Source of the DNA: Mobula hypostoma
Lineage: Eukaryota
Length of the DNA: 64,000 nucleotides
Assembly: GCF_963921235.1 (NCBI RefSeq)
Contig: NC_086097.1
Span: 28,770,001-28,834,000, forward strand
Reading direction: 5' to 3'
Shown: positions 26,059 to 39,716 of the stretch, piece by piece
Numbering within the stretch: position 1 is the stretch's first letter
Layout: every line of letters begins with the position of its first letter
Position numbers and translations under genes: made by a program
The notes under the pieces: generated by a model
Seen by the model: only the letters and a program-made list of their open reading frames with translations
Database searches by the model: none
What the model was told of the DNA's origin: nothing

Positions 26059-26288
26059 GTACCTCTTCCTAGAGATGCTGCCTGGCCTGCTGCGTTCACC
26101 AGCAACTTTGATGTGTGTTGCTGTAACCAAAGGTACTGTTTCTGTATGATTCTCTATCGACAACTCCATGACCTAATAATATTTTAGGCTTGGGAGATGC
26201 CAGCCCAAAATGCAGATATGAGGGCATGCTCAACCCCTGTGGATATCCCAAGTGAGTCTTACATACTTTTGATCATATTTGTACTTAC

Positions 26289-26366
26289 CAGTTCCTGTCT
26301 TTTGTCATCATCTGTGCTATCGTCCGTTAACTGTGCAAAAAGTTCTGTCAGGAACTTCTCATCTTC
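26289..26366 (-). CDS. PPP4R3A: PPP4R3A/SMEK1 coding exon (probably exon 5), 78 bp
   Basis: [29 protein letters not shown] acceptor, GTAAGT donor; in frame with both neighbours. Confidence 0.96.
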
Positions 26367-27269
26367 CTGGAAGTTGTTAAAAAGAAATGCAAGATACACT
26401 AAATAAACAGACAGAAGTCCACATCTAATGTGCAGAACTGGGCTTTTTGTACTGCAGGAGAAAATACACAGATACAACAAGCCTACATGACCATGACTAA
26501 TTCAACGCTGAGAAATACATTTATATTTCAAAAACGATAATCAGTGTTATCATAGATTCTATCATTCAATGCAATAAATAAGTTTGACCATGGATGTCTA
26601 GTTCAGTTAGTTATATAGATTTTCAATTAGATTAATTTAGAAATACACTGAAGTCTACTTGCATACAAACAGGTAGGGTAACAGCAACAATGAAGTTACA
26701 AGCCTGAAATGAATTTAAAAAAAGTGATTTTTGAGAAATCAATTAAAAAAACAAATAAGCACCAACATAGCCAAATTATCATAGAGTACTTTCATTAAAG
26801 CTTATTTTTGGAAACCGGCCCTCTTCACCTGGTCCAGTTTACGTATGAATGCATGTGAACTTTGTTTGAGACAGCTAACTGACAAACACACAAGTAGGTG
26901 GGATTATAGTCATGGTACAAAGCAATTACATATTTCAAGAACAGCCAATTATGCTTCTACTGCACTTGCTAATAGCTTTACATATTCATTAATTAGCAAA
27001 TCCAAACTTGAGAATATACAGTACTTCAGATTTTATAATTATCCATGTTGCTCAGTGCTGTTGTTATGATTTTAACAAAGTTCAATAATGTGAGAGAGAT
27101 TGAGAGAAAACAGAAAAGAAAAATATTCATATTACGTTCATTTATTGCATATAAAACACTCAGCAAAACAAATTGTTGATTTTGTTTCATGCAACTATAG
27201 GCAATATTATGTGACTGAGGAAATTTCTAATAGGCAAGAATAAACAAGTAATGGTGGCTGGTAATTTCG

Positions 27270-28092
27270 GAAGGAATTAAAGCTATGGTTGGGGAGACTC
27301 CTTCGAGCTCATCTGTAGAAGCAGCTCTGATGTCTCTCTTTTTCCTTTTCAAGATGGATGGTGCTCTGTTGAAGACCCTGACCTAGAGCTACATTCAAAC
27401 CTCCGATTTTTGATATCCCAGGTAAGCAGCCTAGAAGATGAGTCCACCTCTGGGGTTCCGAGGCTTTGCGGTCCTGGGGATGAGCCGATTCTCTGCCGGT
27501 GCTGCTGAATGAAACATTGCGGGTGAAAATGGAAAACTGGGAGCTCTGTACTCAGCAAATCCCACATTCTCTCTCTTTCTCTCATTGGTCAAAAAGAGTA
27601 TGTTGCCGATTCTCGAGTTGGAGAACTTTGGGGGGGGGGGGGCGGTGGGAAGTCATGCAGCGAAGTTTAATACCATAAATCAGTAGGTTGTTTGTCTTTG
27701 TGGGTCTCCCCTCTCACTGTGAAATGGGGGCACCTCTCTGGTCCCTTTATTAGGGAGAGAGAGAGAGAGAGCGCCTGTGGTATGTTGAATTGCTGGGTGA
27801 ACAATTAGTTTTTGTTATGCTGCAGATCACATCTTTCTGGGATCTTTGCTTGGTGCGTGGAGGGTGCTGATGCTTTTCTTTGTTGATGTAAGTGGGGGAG
27901 GAGGAGAGTCAGTGCTTTGCTGCTGCTTGTGCATGATGAACGAGTAAGGGGATGCCTTTGGGGTTCTAACATTTGTACTGTCATTCAACCTTTGGGGCAC
28001 TTTTCTGTTCTCGTCGATTTCTACGAAGAACAAGAATTTCAGGTTATATATTATTTACATTTTCTAATATTAAATGGAACCATTGAACTATT
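27270..28092 (+). repeat. Non-autonomous retroposon-like repeat with G-run, (GA)n tract and the shared 3' tail
   Basis: Its 3' about 220 bp is homologous to 12350-12603 and 31710-31950; no coding capacity seen; 5' boundary approximate. Confidence 0.55.
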
Positions 28093-28147
28093 TAGTTTAG
28101 AAATGCATGAACTTATGTAAGTCTAAGGCAAAGGTTTCTGCATATCA

Positions 28148-28285
28148 TAAACACAAGAGATTCTGAAGATGCTGCAAGTATCCTTGGAGCAACATAGCCA
28201 AGTCAGGTAGCAACTATGGAGGGGAATGAATCATTGACATTTTAGGTCATTCTGATGAAGGGCGTCAGCCTGAAATGTAAACGTG
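28148..28285. mobile_element. Decayed short Penelope-terminal fragment inverted at the hammerhead
   Basis: AAACACAAGAGATTCTGAAGATGCTG..TTGACATTTTAGGTC | TCTGATGAAGGGCGTCAGCCTGAAATGT. Confidence 0.65.
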
Positions 28286-28627
28286 TCAGAGCACTCACAG
28301 CCTTCTGATGAAAAGAATTTCAAAGGTACATTCTAGTTAAAAAAAGATTTCCTTACCTCAGTCTCAGACAGCAAAATTCTTATTCTGAGAATAGAAGAAG
28401 CAGTCTGATATCTACTCAGCCAATCCCTGTCTATGTCTCAGAGATTATAGAAACTACATGTAATAGGGAATGCATATAATTCTTCCAAAAACTTGGTGTA
28501 GGCCAATCTCAATCTCACTTCATCAGACAAGCCTTGAATTCAGAAATCAAAACAACAAATTTAAGCCACACTGAATCCAAAGCAAATGTTTCTTTTGTTT
28601 GAATTACGGAAACAAAAGTTGCACAAC

Positions 28628-29178
28628 GAACATAGAACATGACAGCACAGTACAGACCCTTTGCCCCACGATATTGTGCCTACCTTTTAACTTGATAGCA
28701 CCCTTCCCTCCCACATAACCCTCCATTTTTCTGTCATCCATGTGCCCGAGTCTCTTTAATGCCCCTAATATATCTGCCTCTACCACTTACCCAGCAGTGT
28801 GCTTCACACACCCACCACTCTGTGTAAAAAAAAGATACCTGATATCCTTTCCTCCAATCACCTTAAAATTATGCCCCCTTCTATTAGCCATTTCTGCCCT
28901 GGGAAAGAGGTGTTGGCTGTCCTCTTGAACTATGCCTCTTATCATCTTGTACACCTCTTTCAAGTCATCTCTCATCCTTCTTCGCTCCAAAGATAAAAGA
29001 TCTAGCTCACTCAATCTATTCTCATAAGACATGCTGTCTAACCAGGCAGCATCCTGACAAATCTCCATTGCTCTCTCTCTAAAGCTTTCACATCGTTCCT
29101 ATAATGAGGTTACCAGAAATGAACACTATGTTCCAAGTATGGTCTAAACAGAGTTTTATAGAACTATAATATTACCTT
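28628..29178 (-). mobile_element. CR1 LINE 3' fragment
   Basis: ORF 28787..29068 SYENRLSELDLLSLERRRMRDDLKEVYKMIRGI. Confidence 0.9.
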
Positions 29179-29388
29179 GCATATATAACCACAAATAAAT
29201 TAATTCTTGCCAATGCTTAGTACTCCTTTGGGAAAGCTTGCTTACTTCTGAACTTCTCCAATTCACCTCACACTAAAACGTATTTCAATTCACTTCACAG
29301 AATACAGTTCTGAAGATGGTTGCCCTACAGGCAGACACTGTAGCTGTATTTCACACAAGGTACAGAAAACAGACAGAATGACTGGTCA

Positions 29389-29583
29389 CAAACAACAGGA
29401 ATTCTGCAGATGCTGGAAATTCAAGCAACACACATCAAAGTTGCTGGTGAACACAGCAGGCCAGGCAGCATCTCTAGGAAGAGGTACAGTCGACGTTTCA
29501 GGCTGAGACCCTTCGTCAGGACGAACGAAAGGTATCGGCCTGAAACGTCGACTGTACCTCTTCCTAGAGATGCTGCCTGGCCA
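29389..29583. mobile_element. 195-bp Penelope-terminal insertion folded back at the hammerhead, 14-bp TSD
   Basis: Arms about 29459-29516 and 29525-29582 are reverse complements; AGAATGAC(T/C)GGTCA at 29375-88 and 29584-97. Confidence 0.92.
29488..29523 (-). ncRNA. Minimal type I hammerhead ribozyme motif
   Basis: Minus: CGTC-CTGACGA-AGGGTCTCAGCCT-GAAA-CG-TC-GACT; core intact, stem I 3 bp. Confidence 0.7.
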
Positions 29584-29834
29584 AGAATGACCGGTCAATC
29601 TGATAACTAGCTGTAAAAACACAGAATACTGACTGGGGCATGGAGAAGTTCAGGCTTCTTTGAAACTGTCAGTTCAGAAATTAGAGACATTTATGAAGGG
29701 ACAAAATGTGATTTTCATTATTCACAAAGGACTTCTGGTAACACAGCTAAATCAACAACCAAATTATATCTCATTCACAGGATTTAGCTTGAGGGATGCT
29801 GTTCATATTAGAATAACTTATAGAACATCACTGG

Positions 29835-30504
29835 GAAACTTTTTGGAGAGATATTTTCAATATTATTTCTAAGGTATTAAATATAGATATCTCTCCTCAC
29901 CCTATTACTGCTACCTAAAATTTCTAGTAATCTTTCCCCTTCAGCCCGTAGAATGATTGCATTTCTTACTTTAATGGCGAAAAGATGTATTTTACAACAT
30001 TGGAAAGAGCTTAATGCTCCAACTACCTTTTTTTGGTTTTCTCAGACGATTTTATGTTTGAATCTGGAGAAAATTAGAAGTAACCTTTATGATTCTTCAT
30101 TTAAATTTGAACAGATTTGGGGACCTTTTATTCGATATTTTCATTTAATGTAATATTTACCCTTCTTGTTTTTTTTTCACTGTTTTAATGGAGGTCGGGA
30201 TTGAGGACGTGATTTTAAGTTTAACTCTGTTTGGTTTCAAGTTAGCCCATTGCTTTGCTTTGCTTTTAGTTAGTTGCACGGGGGGTTTTTTTTGGGGGTT
30301 TTTTTTTCTTTTTTTCCATTGATATATATAAAATCTAGTATACTATTATGTTATCTTGGTTTCTTATGCTTAAATTACATTGTTTGTAGTATTTTCTTTT
30401 TGGTATTGTTATCTTTTGGAATTTTATTATACTTTAACATTGTATTAATGTTTATATGGCTTACCTTTTTTGTATACTTACTCAATAAAAAGATTTAAAA
30501 AAAA
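29835..30504 (+). mobile_element. 5'-truncated L1/Tx1-clade LINE 3' end with poly(A) and 11-bp TSD
   Basis: ORF 29953..30153 AKRCILQHWK..LNLEKIR..KFEQIWGPF (fish-type L1 ORF2 C-terminus); T-rich UTR; AATAAA at 30484-89; A tail; AACATCACTGG at 29824-34 and 30505-15. Confidence 0.88.
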
Positions 30505-30764
30505 AACATCACTGGCGAAGCTTTAATTACTGACTGCTTGAAGATAGAGGTTTATCTCTGTGATTTTTGTTACTGTATCTTGAAGTATCAAATTAAAAAG
30601 ACTTGTACTGTTGTGAATACTTTTGCAACAGAGTGCTAGAGGACCACAGCATAGAAACAGCTGTTCCAACCCATCAGTCTGTGACAACCCGTTTTCCTGC
30701 CTAGTCCAATCTACCTGCACCCGAACTCCAGCACTCCATACCCTTCCCATTCATTTACCGATCC

Positions 30765-31029
30765 AAGGAAGGAAAGGTACGTTGCATCTGGAGTTTCTCC
30801 GGTTAGCAGACGATTTCCCTCCATGCCTCTCTGATGTAGTGGGGAACCGCGTACGAGACAAGTTACAGCAGTGGTTTGCCACCGCCTTCTGCTGGGTGAG
30901 TTTCCAAAGGGATCACCAGCTTGTAACCCAGCACGGATGGAAAGCGTGCAGAGAGCCGGCTGGCTGGATTCGAACTCGGGACCTTTCGTCCCAAAGTCTG
31001 GCGCTGATGCCACTACGCCACCAGCTGGG
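30765..31029 (-). mobile_element. tRNA-derived SINE with intact Pol III A and B boxes, inserted in an old CR1 3' fragment
   Basis: Minus: A box TGGCGTAGTGG (31010-20), B box GAGTTCGAATCC (30966-77), tail ACCTTTCCTTCCTT; CpG-rich. Confidence 0.85.
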
Positions 31030-33382
31030 TCAAAACTTCACTGAAATGCATCTTTCCCGCGCCCCCCCCCCCACCAAACTTCTGCTGGTAGCTTATTTCA
31101 CACCAACTCATGTTCCATTAAATACCTCACTTTTCATACTAAGCTTATGACCCAACCTGAAGGGAAAAAGTCTACATGTACTTACTTTATCTGTACCCCT
31201 TATAATGTTGTATAGTTCTAGAAGATCAACCTATCTCTACAACTCAGGTCCTCAAGCACTGCAAACTTATTAATCAGCCCATAAACAGTATTGATCAAAG
31301 ACCTCCAATCAAACAAAAGCACCCCTGTGCCACCACCTTCTCTCTATGGCCAAATCAATTTGAATCTAATCTCTTCGGTTACTTACTGAAATAGTATCCA
31401 CTGATCTTGAACATTTTTTTAAAAATGTTAAAAATATAGCAGGGAACAACTAACTTTGACAGCACGTGCAATGTTGCACAGATGAGCTGTAACTTTCCCT
31501 TCAAGTACTGAACTATGTGCAAAAATTACGAAAATCAACGGCAGAAGATTCTTGATAAGGAAGTAAACACCTAAAAAGCCACGAGCCAGAGGAAAAACAT
31601 GCTTTTATAGAAATATTACTGCATTATGAGATTTTGCAGACACAATGTTCTTCACTATTTCATCAGTTGATTAAGAATAGTAGATCAGGACTCTTGAATT
31701 AATAGGATCGTTACTGCTTGCTTAGTGGGTGGAGGGTACTGATGCGATTTTTTGTTGAAGTAGGGAAAGGGGAAGGTTGTTGCTTTGCTGCTGCTTGTGC
31801 TGGGGACGGGTGGGGGGGGGCTTTAGGATTCTAAAGTTTTTACTGTCACTCATCCTTTGGGGCCCTCTTCTATTTTTATGGATGTCTGTGAAGCACAAGA
31901 ATTTCAGGTTGTATATTGTATACATTCTCTGATATTAAATTGAACGATATCACCACCAATTATCTCAAGAAATCTATGCATTAGCTGTTTTGTAAAGCCT
32001 CAGCAGCCTTGACACTATGGAAAATTAATATTTTTCTTGATTTCATAATTCAAATATATTATTGAAAGGGAATCTACAAGCTAAGCAACTACACATATTG
32101 TTGTTTACGAAAGAGACACATTCCTGTTAAGTCTCTTCAACACTTTCATTGTCAAAAGTTGAATAAGACCAGGCTTAACCCTGTTTTCTTTTGTAAATGC
32201 ATACAGCACCCAATCAAAACAAAAGTTAAACTGATCTGTCATTACTCCGAAAGAATTTCTTTTCAGGATGTCTTAAAGCTCTTAATAGTCAGGGAGTGTT
32301 CTCTGAAGTCAGAATGATAGACAACCAACTTTAGTGGTACTAATTATGGTTTTGGGATGCATGCTGGTCAAGGAATAAGAGCATCAGAATTGGGAACAGC
32401 ATCTCTCTTCAAGTCTGCATATTCACATATCAAAATACTGGTTCCATTTTGCTGAACTATTCACGTAAATTTCTGAATACAAAGAGAACTAAGGTTCATT
32501 TATTTTGAATAAACTATATAATGGAGCCACCACAGCTATCTAGGGTAGAGATTTCCAAATATTTGCCAAATAATTCACTTCTTCAGTCCAAAATGGCCTC
32601 CCTTATACTGAGACTATCAGCAGGTTTAACAGTTTAACAATTATAATACTAAAATACCCAAGAATAACATGTTCAAATAGTGCACCAGTGGTTAAATATA
32701 ATATCTAACAAGTTTGGTTTTAAGAACCACTTAATGGGGGGAACAAAACATATTTTTTCAACTAAATACTGGGATCAATTATATTAAGTTTACTTTCAGC
32801 ATAAATGAAGCCAGATGCCAGAATATTTCTCAGTTTAGATATCAGCTGGATACGTACACTCCAAAGGCAATGTTGTAAATTTGGATAATTTTGCATCATT
32901 TATGCATAATATAGTTCTCAAATTCTGGTCATTGTTACCATAAAACTTTATACATTTTACACAGTAATGTGAGGCTTAAGATGAGAAGTTGGCTGGAAAA
33001 AGCAAGGTTAATAAAAGGCAAGTACATGAATTATACATTCTAACCATGAAAGGTGTACATTTTAAATTTTTACAGAAAGCAATTAAATTTTGTAAAATGG
33101 TGATAAAACTGGTAATTCTAGATGACATGACTTTGGATCCATTGCGGTGTCTTTTTAAAATTGGTTATGGGAAGTTCTCAAGGAACTGGAGTACTAGCAA
33201 TGCTGTCAGATAAGATTCTGTACAAATATTCAAGTTTTCCTCTCCTCAGGTGAGCACAACATATCACCTTTGTTTAGCAGTCAAAGTTCCATGTTCCAGA
33301 TATTAGTGTTTCTCTGTTCAGCTATCACCAATCCTCAAAAACTAAGGATGTTCTTTAGGCAAAAGATGTAATACTGTAATAT

Positions 33383-33800
33383 CTACAATAATAGGTTGAG
33401 CAAGTTAGGGCTATTTTTCTTGGAGTGAAGGAGAGAGAGATGACTTGACAGAGGAGTACAAGATGATAAAGAGGCATAGACAGAGTAGATAGCCAGGATT
33501 CCATCACCCTCTCCCCGACCCCAAGGGCAGAAATGGCTAATACAAGATGGCATAATTTTAAGGTGCTTCAAGGATATCAGAGGTGTTTTTTTTTTAAAAC
33601 TAGAGAGTAATAGGAGTTTGGAACATGCTGCTAATGTTGGGGGCAGAGGGACATTTAAGAGACTCTTAGATAAGCACATGGATGAAAGAAAAATGGAAGG
33701 CTAAGGGAAAGGAAGAGTTAGATTAATCTTAGAGTAGATTAAAAAGTCAGGACTATATTGTGAGCTGAAGGGTCCGTACTGTACTGTGTTCTTATGCTCT
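33383..33800 (+). mobile_element. CR1 LINE 3' fragment (decayed)
   Basis: RLSKLGLFFLE..YKMI.RGIDRVDSQ remnants and CR1 3' UTR. Confidence 0.8.
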
Positions 33801-35087
33801 AACTCACAGAATATTATTGCTCAGGCTGCATCATATAATGACAACAAATAACAAAAGCATCAATAGTGCTGTGGCCCAGATCAATAAACAATCTAGGCCT
33901 GTCCATTCCACTGGATATGCAAGCTCAAATTATGGATAGACTGATCCTCTACTCCTGGACCTACAAGTAAAATATTCTTCCTGAGTCAATCATCTTCAAC
34001 CCTGAGGGATAGTCAGTGAATGAATGATCAATTCATGTAACTAACTTCAATAAGTGAAGGATAGTTTAGTCAGTCAGTATAGATGAGAGATTAATTTTTC
34101 AAAGTTCTATAGGACAGAATCTTTCTACAAGCCCCTTCGGTAGCCAGGAGACTATTCATGCAAGTTAGCTGCTCAATTTTATACTCCAATCCAGACTGGC
34201 TCTTTATTATTTCAATGTAAAGTACTGAACTACTAGCAAGGCAATCTGATGTTTTCTAATGAGTACCAATCTCCTCAGTCCACACCAAACTGCTTACGAC
34301 AAATCAAAATTTGAATTAATAGACCAATAATCCGCTCTCCCATTCTCCCGCTTCCATAAAGTTCAGCTCAACCAAATCATTGACTGTCTGTCCCGTCAAG
34401 TTGCAAACACCATTATTAGTGACCTAGAAATGCGAGCAATTAGTCTCTCTTCACTATTAATTGCACCACATCAGAACCTGACCCTTCCCTCCACCTTCAA
34501 CCCTTCACTGAAGGTCTTGTTTAAAATTTCTTATGAAAGTTCTTTGCGAACTTGCCTTTGCACGACTCCATGATGTCTATAACTTTTCCATGTTGGTGCG
34601 ATGGCCAGTGAGGAGCAAAACCTCATGTTAAAAAAAAATCAGCAATCTTTTGAGGATGTGCATATACATAGAACAGCACAGCACAACGTTGTACCAATCT
34701 TGATGTCAAATTATACTAAATGTCCTCCTCCTATGTATCATCCATACCCCTTAAATAGGTTAAAAAGGGATAAATTTTATGTGGCTTCTCAATTTAGAAT
34801 AAATGTGCAAAAATTGCGTTACTATTGTTCAAGATAAAAATTTGCACTGATATCAATACATGCCTCTGGTGTTCTACTTTTAATTTAACAGCACAAATTG
34901 GGCTCAATATTCATGAAAACCATTACTTAATTCCATAATTAAAACAGATCAAAATGATCACTCCAGAGTAAGCTTGAAAAAACAAAAATCTGCATTTGCA
35001 TTGCTGAGTGTTTTAAGCTTGATTTGAAAAGGTTTCACAAACATCGTATTAAAGTCCAGTGAAATAACTGCAAGGAAACCAGCATCA

Positions 35088-35810
<723 letters not shown>

Positions 35811-37192
35811 TTAAAAGAAGGATGCAAGAGGTAACAACATTCATTGTGACAAGAATATCAACTTAGAACACAACTTTGGTTACCCTGTTACAGGAAAGAC
35901 ATTATCAAACTAGAGAGGGTGAAGATGAGGTTTATGAGTAAGCTATCCGGACTCGAGGGTCAGGGTGATAGACCATCCATTACCAAGGACTTCTTTAAAA
36001 GGCAATGCCTCAAGGCGGCAGCATCCATTTTAAGAATCTAACCACTCAAGACATACCCTCTTCTTGTTGCTACCATGGGAGAGGAGATACAGGAGCCCGA
36101 AAACATACACTCATCGTTTAAGGAACAACCTCTTCGGGTTATTGAATTGTGGGCATGCTATGTTGGTGCCGAAGAGAGGCTGCCCCCAACACATTCCTCG
36201 CTGATTTGATTTAACACAGATGACACATTTCACTGTGTTTCAATGTTCATATGACAAATAAAGCTATCTTCAACTTTATCTGTTTAATTGACCATTACTG
36301 TTCACATCTGACTAAGTCTGAAAAGCTTTAATTTGATTATGGTTATTACATGCCTTCACCCTCTACCCCAACACCTCCACTTCACAAATGTAGCTTGTGT
36401 ATAGCTTCACCAGGTTCACAGCTCATTTCTAGGCATCTCTGGTACCGCATTCCTTATTGAATATAATGGTATACTGGGCTACAACTCTATGAATTGCAAT
36501 GGTGTATATTTCTGCTGCAGCAGATCGCCAAAAGCATCAAAGATGGGCAATTTTGAGTCGGTCTCATTTAAAACTCCAAATTTTTTTTTCTTTAAATGGA
36601 GGGTGCTCTCTGAAAAGAGAGGACGTTGCCTCAACAAGGACTGTGCTGTGGGGTCACTTCTTCCAGTGCTGTCATGAACAAATTCAAGTGCCACAAGAAG
36701 TCTGGCAAGGCCGAGGTCAAGTTGCTTTATGCGTCACATTGAATTATTCACATACAAACCAATTTCAGACATGGTGTTCTGCAGGATTGGCTAGAAAAGT
36801 CAGTGGTGACACTACCAAGTCATTCTAGGTGATGGATTCTAACATTCCCTCATACAAAAATACATTTCACATCCTTGCCACTTCCTGAGTTATTCATTGT
36901 ACATGAATAAGAAACAACATAACTACAAATTTGGCAGAATAAGTTAATTTTATTGGAAACACATTTCAACAAATTTAAACTTTAAGTTAACTACTTCTTC
37001 CAAAATCTGTAAAATGACCAAAGCAGACTTATTTACAAACTTGCACAGGAAAAAAACAATCCAGTTGTGGTGTCAGTGTATATTATAGGAAGCAATTTCT
37101 TAGCATAACATTTTGTATTTCAGTCCATTTACTTTGTTTTCGTTAGCTGTACATATTATATCCTACCACAGCACTATTTACTTTGAATATGA

Positions 37193-38413
37193 TACTACTT
37201 CTTCTTCATGTGCCTTGCGCTTTACACGCTTGGGTGATCATAGCTTTCCACATCAAAAATTGTGTTCCTAGTTCCTCTATCTTGCAGAGTCAATGATTGT
37301 GTTCCTAGTTCCTCTATCATGCAGAGTCAATGATATCTCGCACACTTAGATCTGTTGGCTCTTTCAGTTTCCATATATTTTCTTCTTTGCCTTCCTCTAC
37401 TGCGTTTCCCAGGCATACGGCCTTGTAATGTAAGGCATTCTATCTCTCCCTTTCTGATGACATGGCCCAGGAGTTTCCTCTCATTTAATGTTTCATTAAA
37501 GATCTTCTTGTATGGGCACGTTGGAGTACTGTCTCATTAGTTACCCTATCTCTATATAATATTTTCAGCATTCTTCTAAGAAACCACATTTCTGTTGCTT
37601 CTAAGTTTCTTTGGAGTTCTGGTGTTATAGTCCATGTTTCAGAAGCATACAGCAAGATTGACCAGATGTAACATTTTAGTAGCCTAAGCCTTGTTGTCAT
37701 AGAAATGTGTCTGTTGGAAAAAATGGGTTTCATTTTTTGGAAGTTGGTTTTGGCAATGGCAATTCTTCTTTTTATTTCTACTTTACTTCTAGCATCTTGT
37801 GATGTAAAGCTACCAAGGTAATTAAAGCTGATCTTTTGTTCAATCTCTTGGTTACCGATGTACAATTGGCAGTTGGGAGTATTCTGCTGTTTTGATATTA
37901 CCATACATTTGTTCCCCCCCCCCTCACAGTTGATGGTTAGACCAAAATCTGCACTTGTTTGTACTACTTTGTCTAGGAGGATTTGTAGGTCTTCTGCAGC
38001 ACTTGCTATTAGGGTGGTATCGTCTGCATATCTTATATTGTGGATGATAACACCTCTAATTTTTATCCCATCTAGGTCTTCTATTTCTCTGAGAATCATT
38101 TCACTATAGATATTAAACAATTCCGGTGAGGCAACGCATCCCTGTCTAACTCCTCTTTGAATTATAGTCCAACTGCTTATACTATCATCAATTTTTACCA
38201 CTGTCACTTGGTTCCAATATAAATTCTGAAGCAGTTGTTGGTCCCTTCCGTCAATGTTTAGTTTAGTGAGAATTTGAAATAATTTTTCATGATGCACTTT
38301 GTCGAAAGCTTTAGTGAAATCAACAAAACATAAAAAGACATTATTTTGATATTCAATTGCCCTTTCTGAAAGCATTCATAGTATAAAAATTGTGTTCCTA
38401 GTTCCTCTATCTT
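37193..38413 (-). mobile_element. 5'-truncated RTE-clade LINE
   Basis: ORF 37485..38375: FVDFTKAFDKV, GVRQGCVASPELFNIY, RYADDTTL, LLYASETW; (GAA)n-type tail at about 37193-37207. Confidence 0.93.
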
Positions 38414-39069
38414 CAATAAACCTATATTGTAATTTAGAGGTTTCTGACCTTAATATAATACAATATATCATAATTAGTTAGAAATGATCTGAGGTCATTA
38501 GTTATTAAATACTTTTGAAAGGTAGTGAGTGCTATAATGTTTACAAACACAAACTAAACAATTACTTTATGTTCTGTTAGTAAATTTATGAATTCAGTTA
38601 ATTGCTTATGGCCTCTTCAGTTCATAATCTCATCCAAAAACAAAATTCCTACAGAACTTCAATGAATGCCATTATCAATTTATATTCTCAAATTCTAGAA
38701 TGCTGTTGAAAATGAAACATGTTGGCTAGAGGGAAGAACGATGCCGCCTGAGTTATGCCAAAACTATCATTTTGAAATGTGTATTTCCTTATCACATGCT
38801 TCAAATTCAAATTAACTAAATTCGTAGGTTATCATGCTGTGGCTAAATACAAGAAACTGCTTACCATTTGTAATTAGATGTGAAGTCATTGCCAATTTCT
38901 CCACTGGTGCCAGAGAGAAAATGGGTACTATAAGATAACCCAATAACCAGGACTGAACATGTAGGATAAGAATTTCAGTTGTACCATTTTTCAATTATGA
39001 ATAGTGCCACAGCCACGATTTACCACCCATCTAATTTCCCCCAACTCCAATCCATTTCAAAAGGCCAAT

Positions 39070-39693
39070 CGTTGTTGTGCCTATCCCTCAAAGTTGAGGA
39101 TGATGGGTCTTCGTTCTGTTGATCTAATTATGGGCTCTCAAGTGGCTTCTGAGTCCAATCTTGGCTTTGAAAGTTCTTCCGCATTCAGGACAGGTAGTTC
39201 CAGATGGCAGATCGGGCTTTGGTTGTTGCTGCCTCTCTTTCCATTTTCTTCCCTTTTCTTCTAATTCTGCACATCTGTTGGCTTTGAAAGTTGCTGTTCC
39301 TTCTTGGATGACGGCTTGCCAGAGTTTCCTGTCCTTGGCATTGGTTTCCCAATTGTTGATGTCGATGTTACATTTCTTCATGTTGGCTTTTAAGACGTCT
39401 TTGAATCTCTTCTGTTGCCCGCCTCTTTTACGTTTGCCTTCTTTAAGCTGGAAGTAGAAGATTTGTTTCGGCAGACGTTCGTCTTTCATCCGAACAACAT
39501 GACCGCTCCATCTTAGTTGGTTCTTGATGACGTAGGCTTCAACGCTTGTTGTTTTTGCTTCATTTAGCACACTGACGTTGGTTCTTCTATCTTCCCAGCT
39601 GATATTTAAGATGTTTCAAAGACAGCGTTGATGGAACTTTTCAAGTGCCTTCAGATGTCGTCGGTATGTTGTCCAGGTTTCTGATGCATACAG
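39070..39693 (-). mobile_element. RTE-clade LINE 3' end (second family) with 8-bp TSD
   Basis: LYASETWTTYRRHLKALEKFHQRCL, QLRWSGHVVRMKDERLPKQIF, C-terminal CPECGRTFKAKIGLRSHLRAH zinc finger; (CAA)n tail; AGGCCAAT at 39062-69 and 39694-701. Older relative at about 61970-62340. Confidence 0.92.
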
Positions 39694-39716
39694 AGGCCAA
39701 TACTATTCAGTTAACT

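Larger units (their letters stand above)
24806..26120. mobile_element. Young Penelope-like retroelement insertion: two head-to-head copies (minus 24806-25548, plus 25549-26120) with a 13-bp TSD
   Basis: GIY-YIG endonuclease end VIYCVRCSRSGLLYIGETRRRLGDRFAEH..GMNIDFSNFR; arms 24836-25410 and 25555-26122 are near-perfect reverse complements; CTGTAACCAAAGG at 24793-24805 and 26121-26133. Confidence 0.95.

Noticed and set aside
24675..26187. Repeated ORFs such as PDEGSRPETSTVPLP / MLEIQATHIK (also at about 16244, 29410, 46490, 63518)
   Set aside because: Translations of the non-coding Penelope terminal region; PDEGSRPETS is simply the hammerhead core read as codons.
30960..31029. tRNA gene
   Set aside because: A and B boxes are present but no full cloverleaf or Pol III terminator; it continues into a SINE body.
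36479..36828. Overlapping short ORFs in non-repetitive sequence upstream of the large exon
   Set aside because: No recognisable homology, no convincing splice signals, and the flanking exons already join in frame.
37259..37332. CRISPR-like direct repeats
   Set aside because: Only two adjacent 37-bp units with no unique spacers, in a eukaryotic RTE context.
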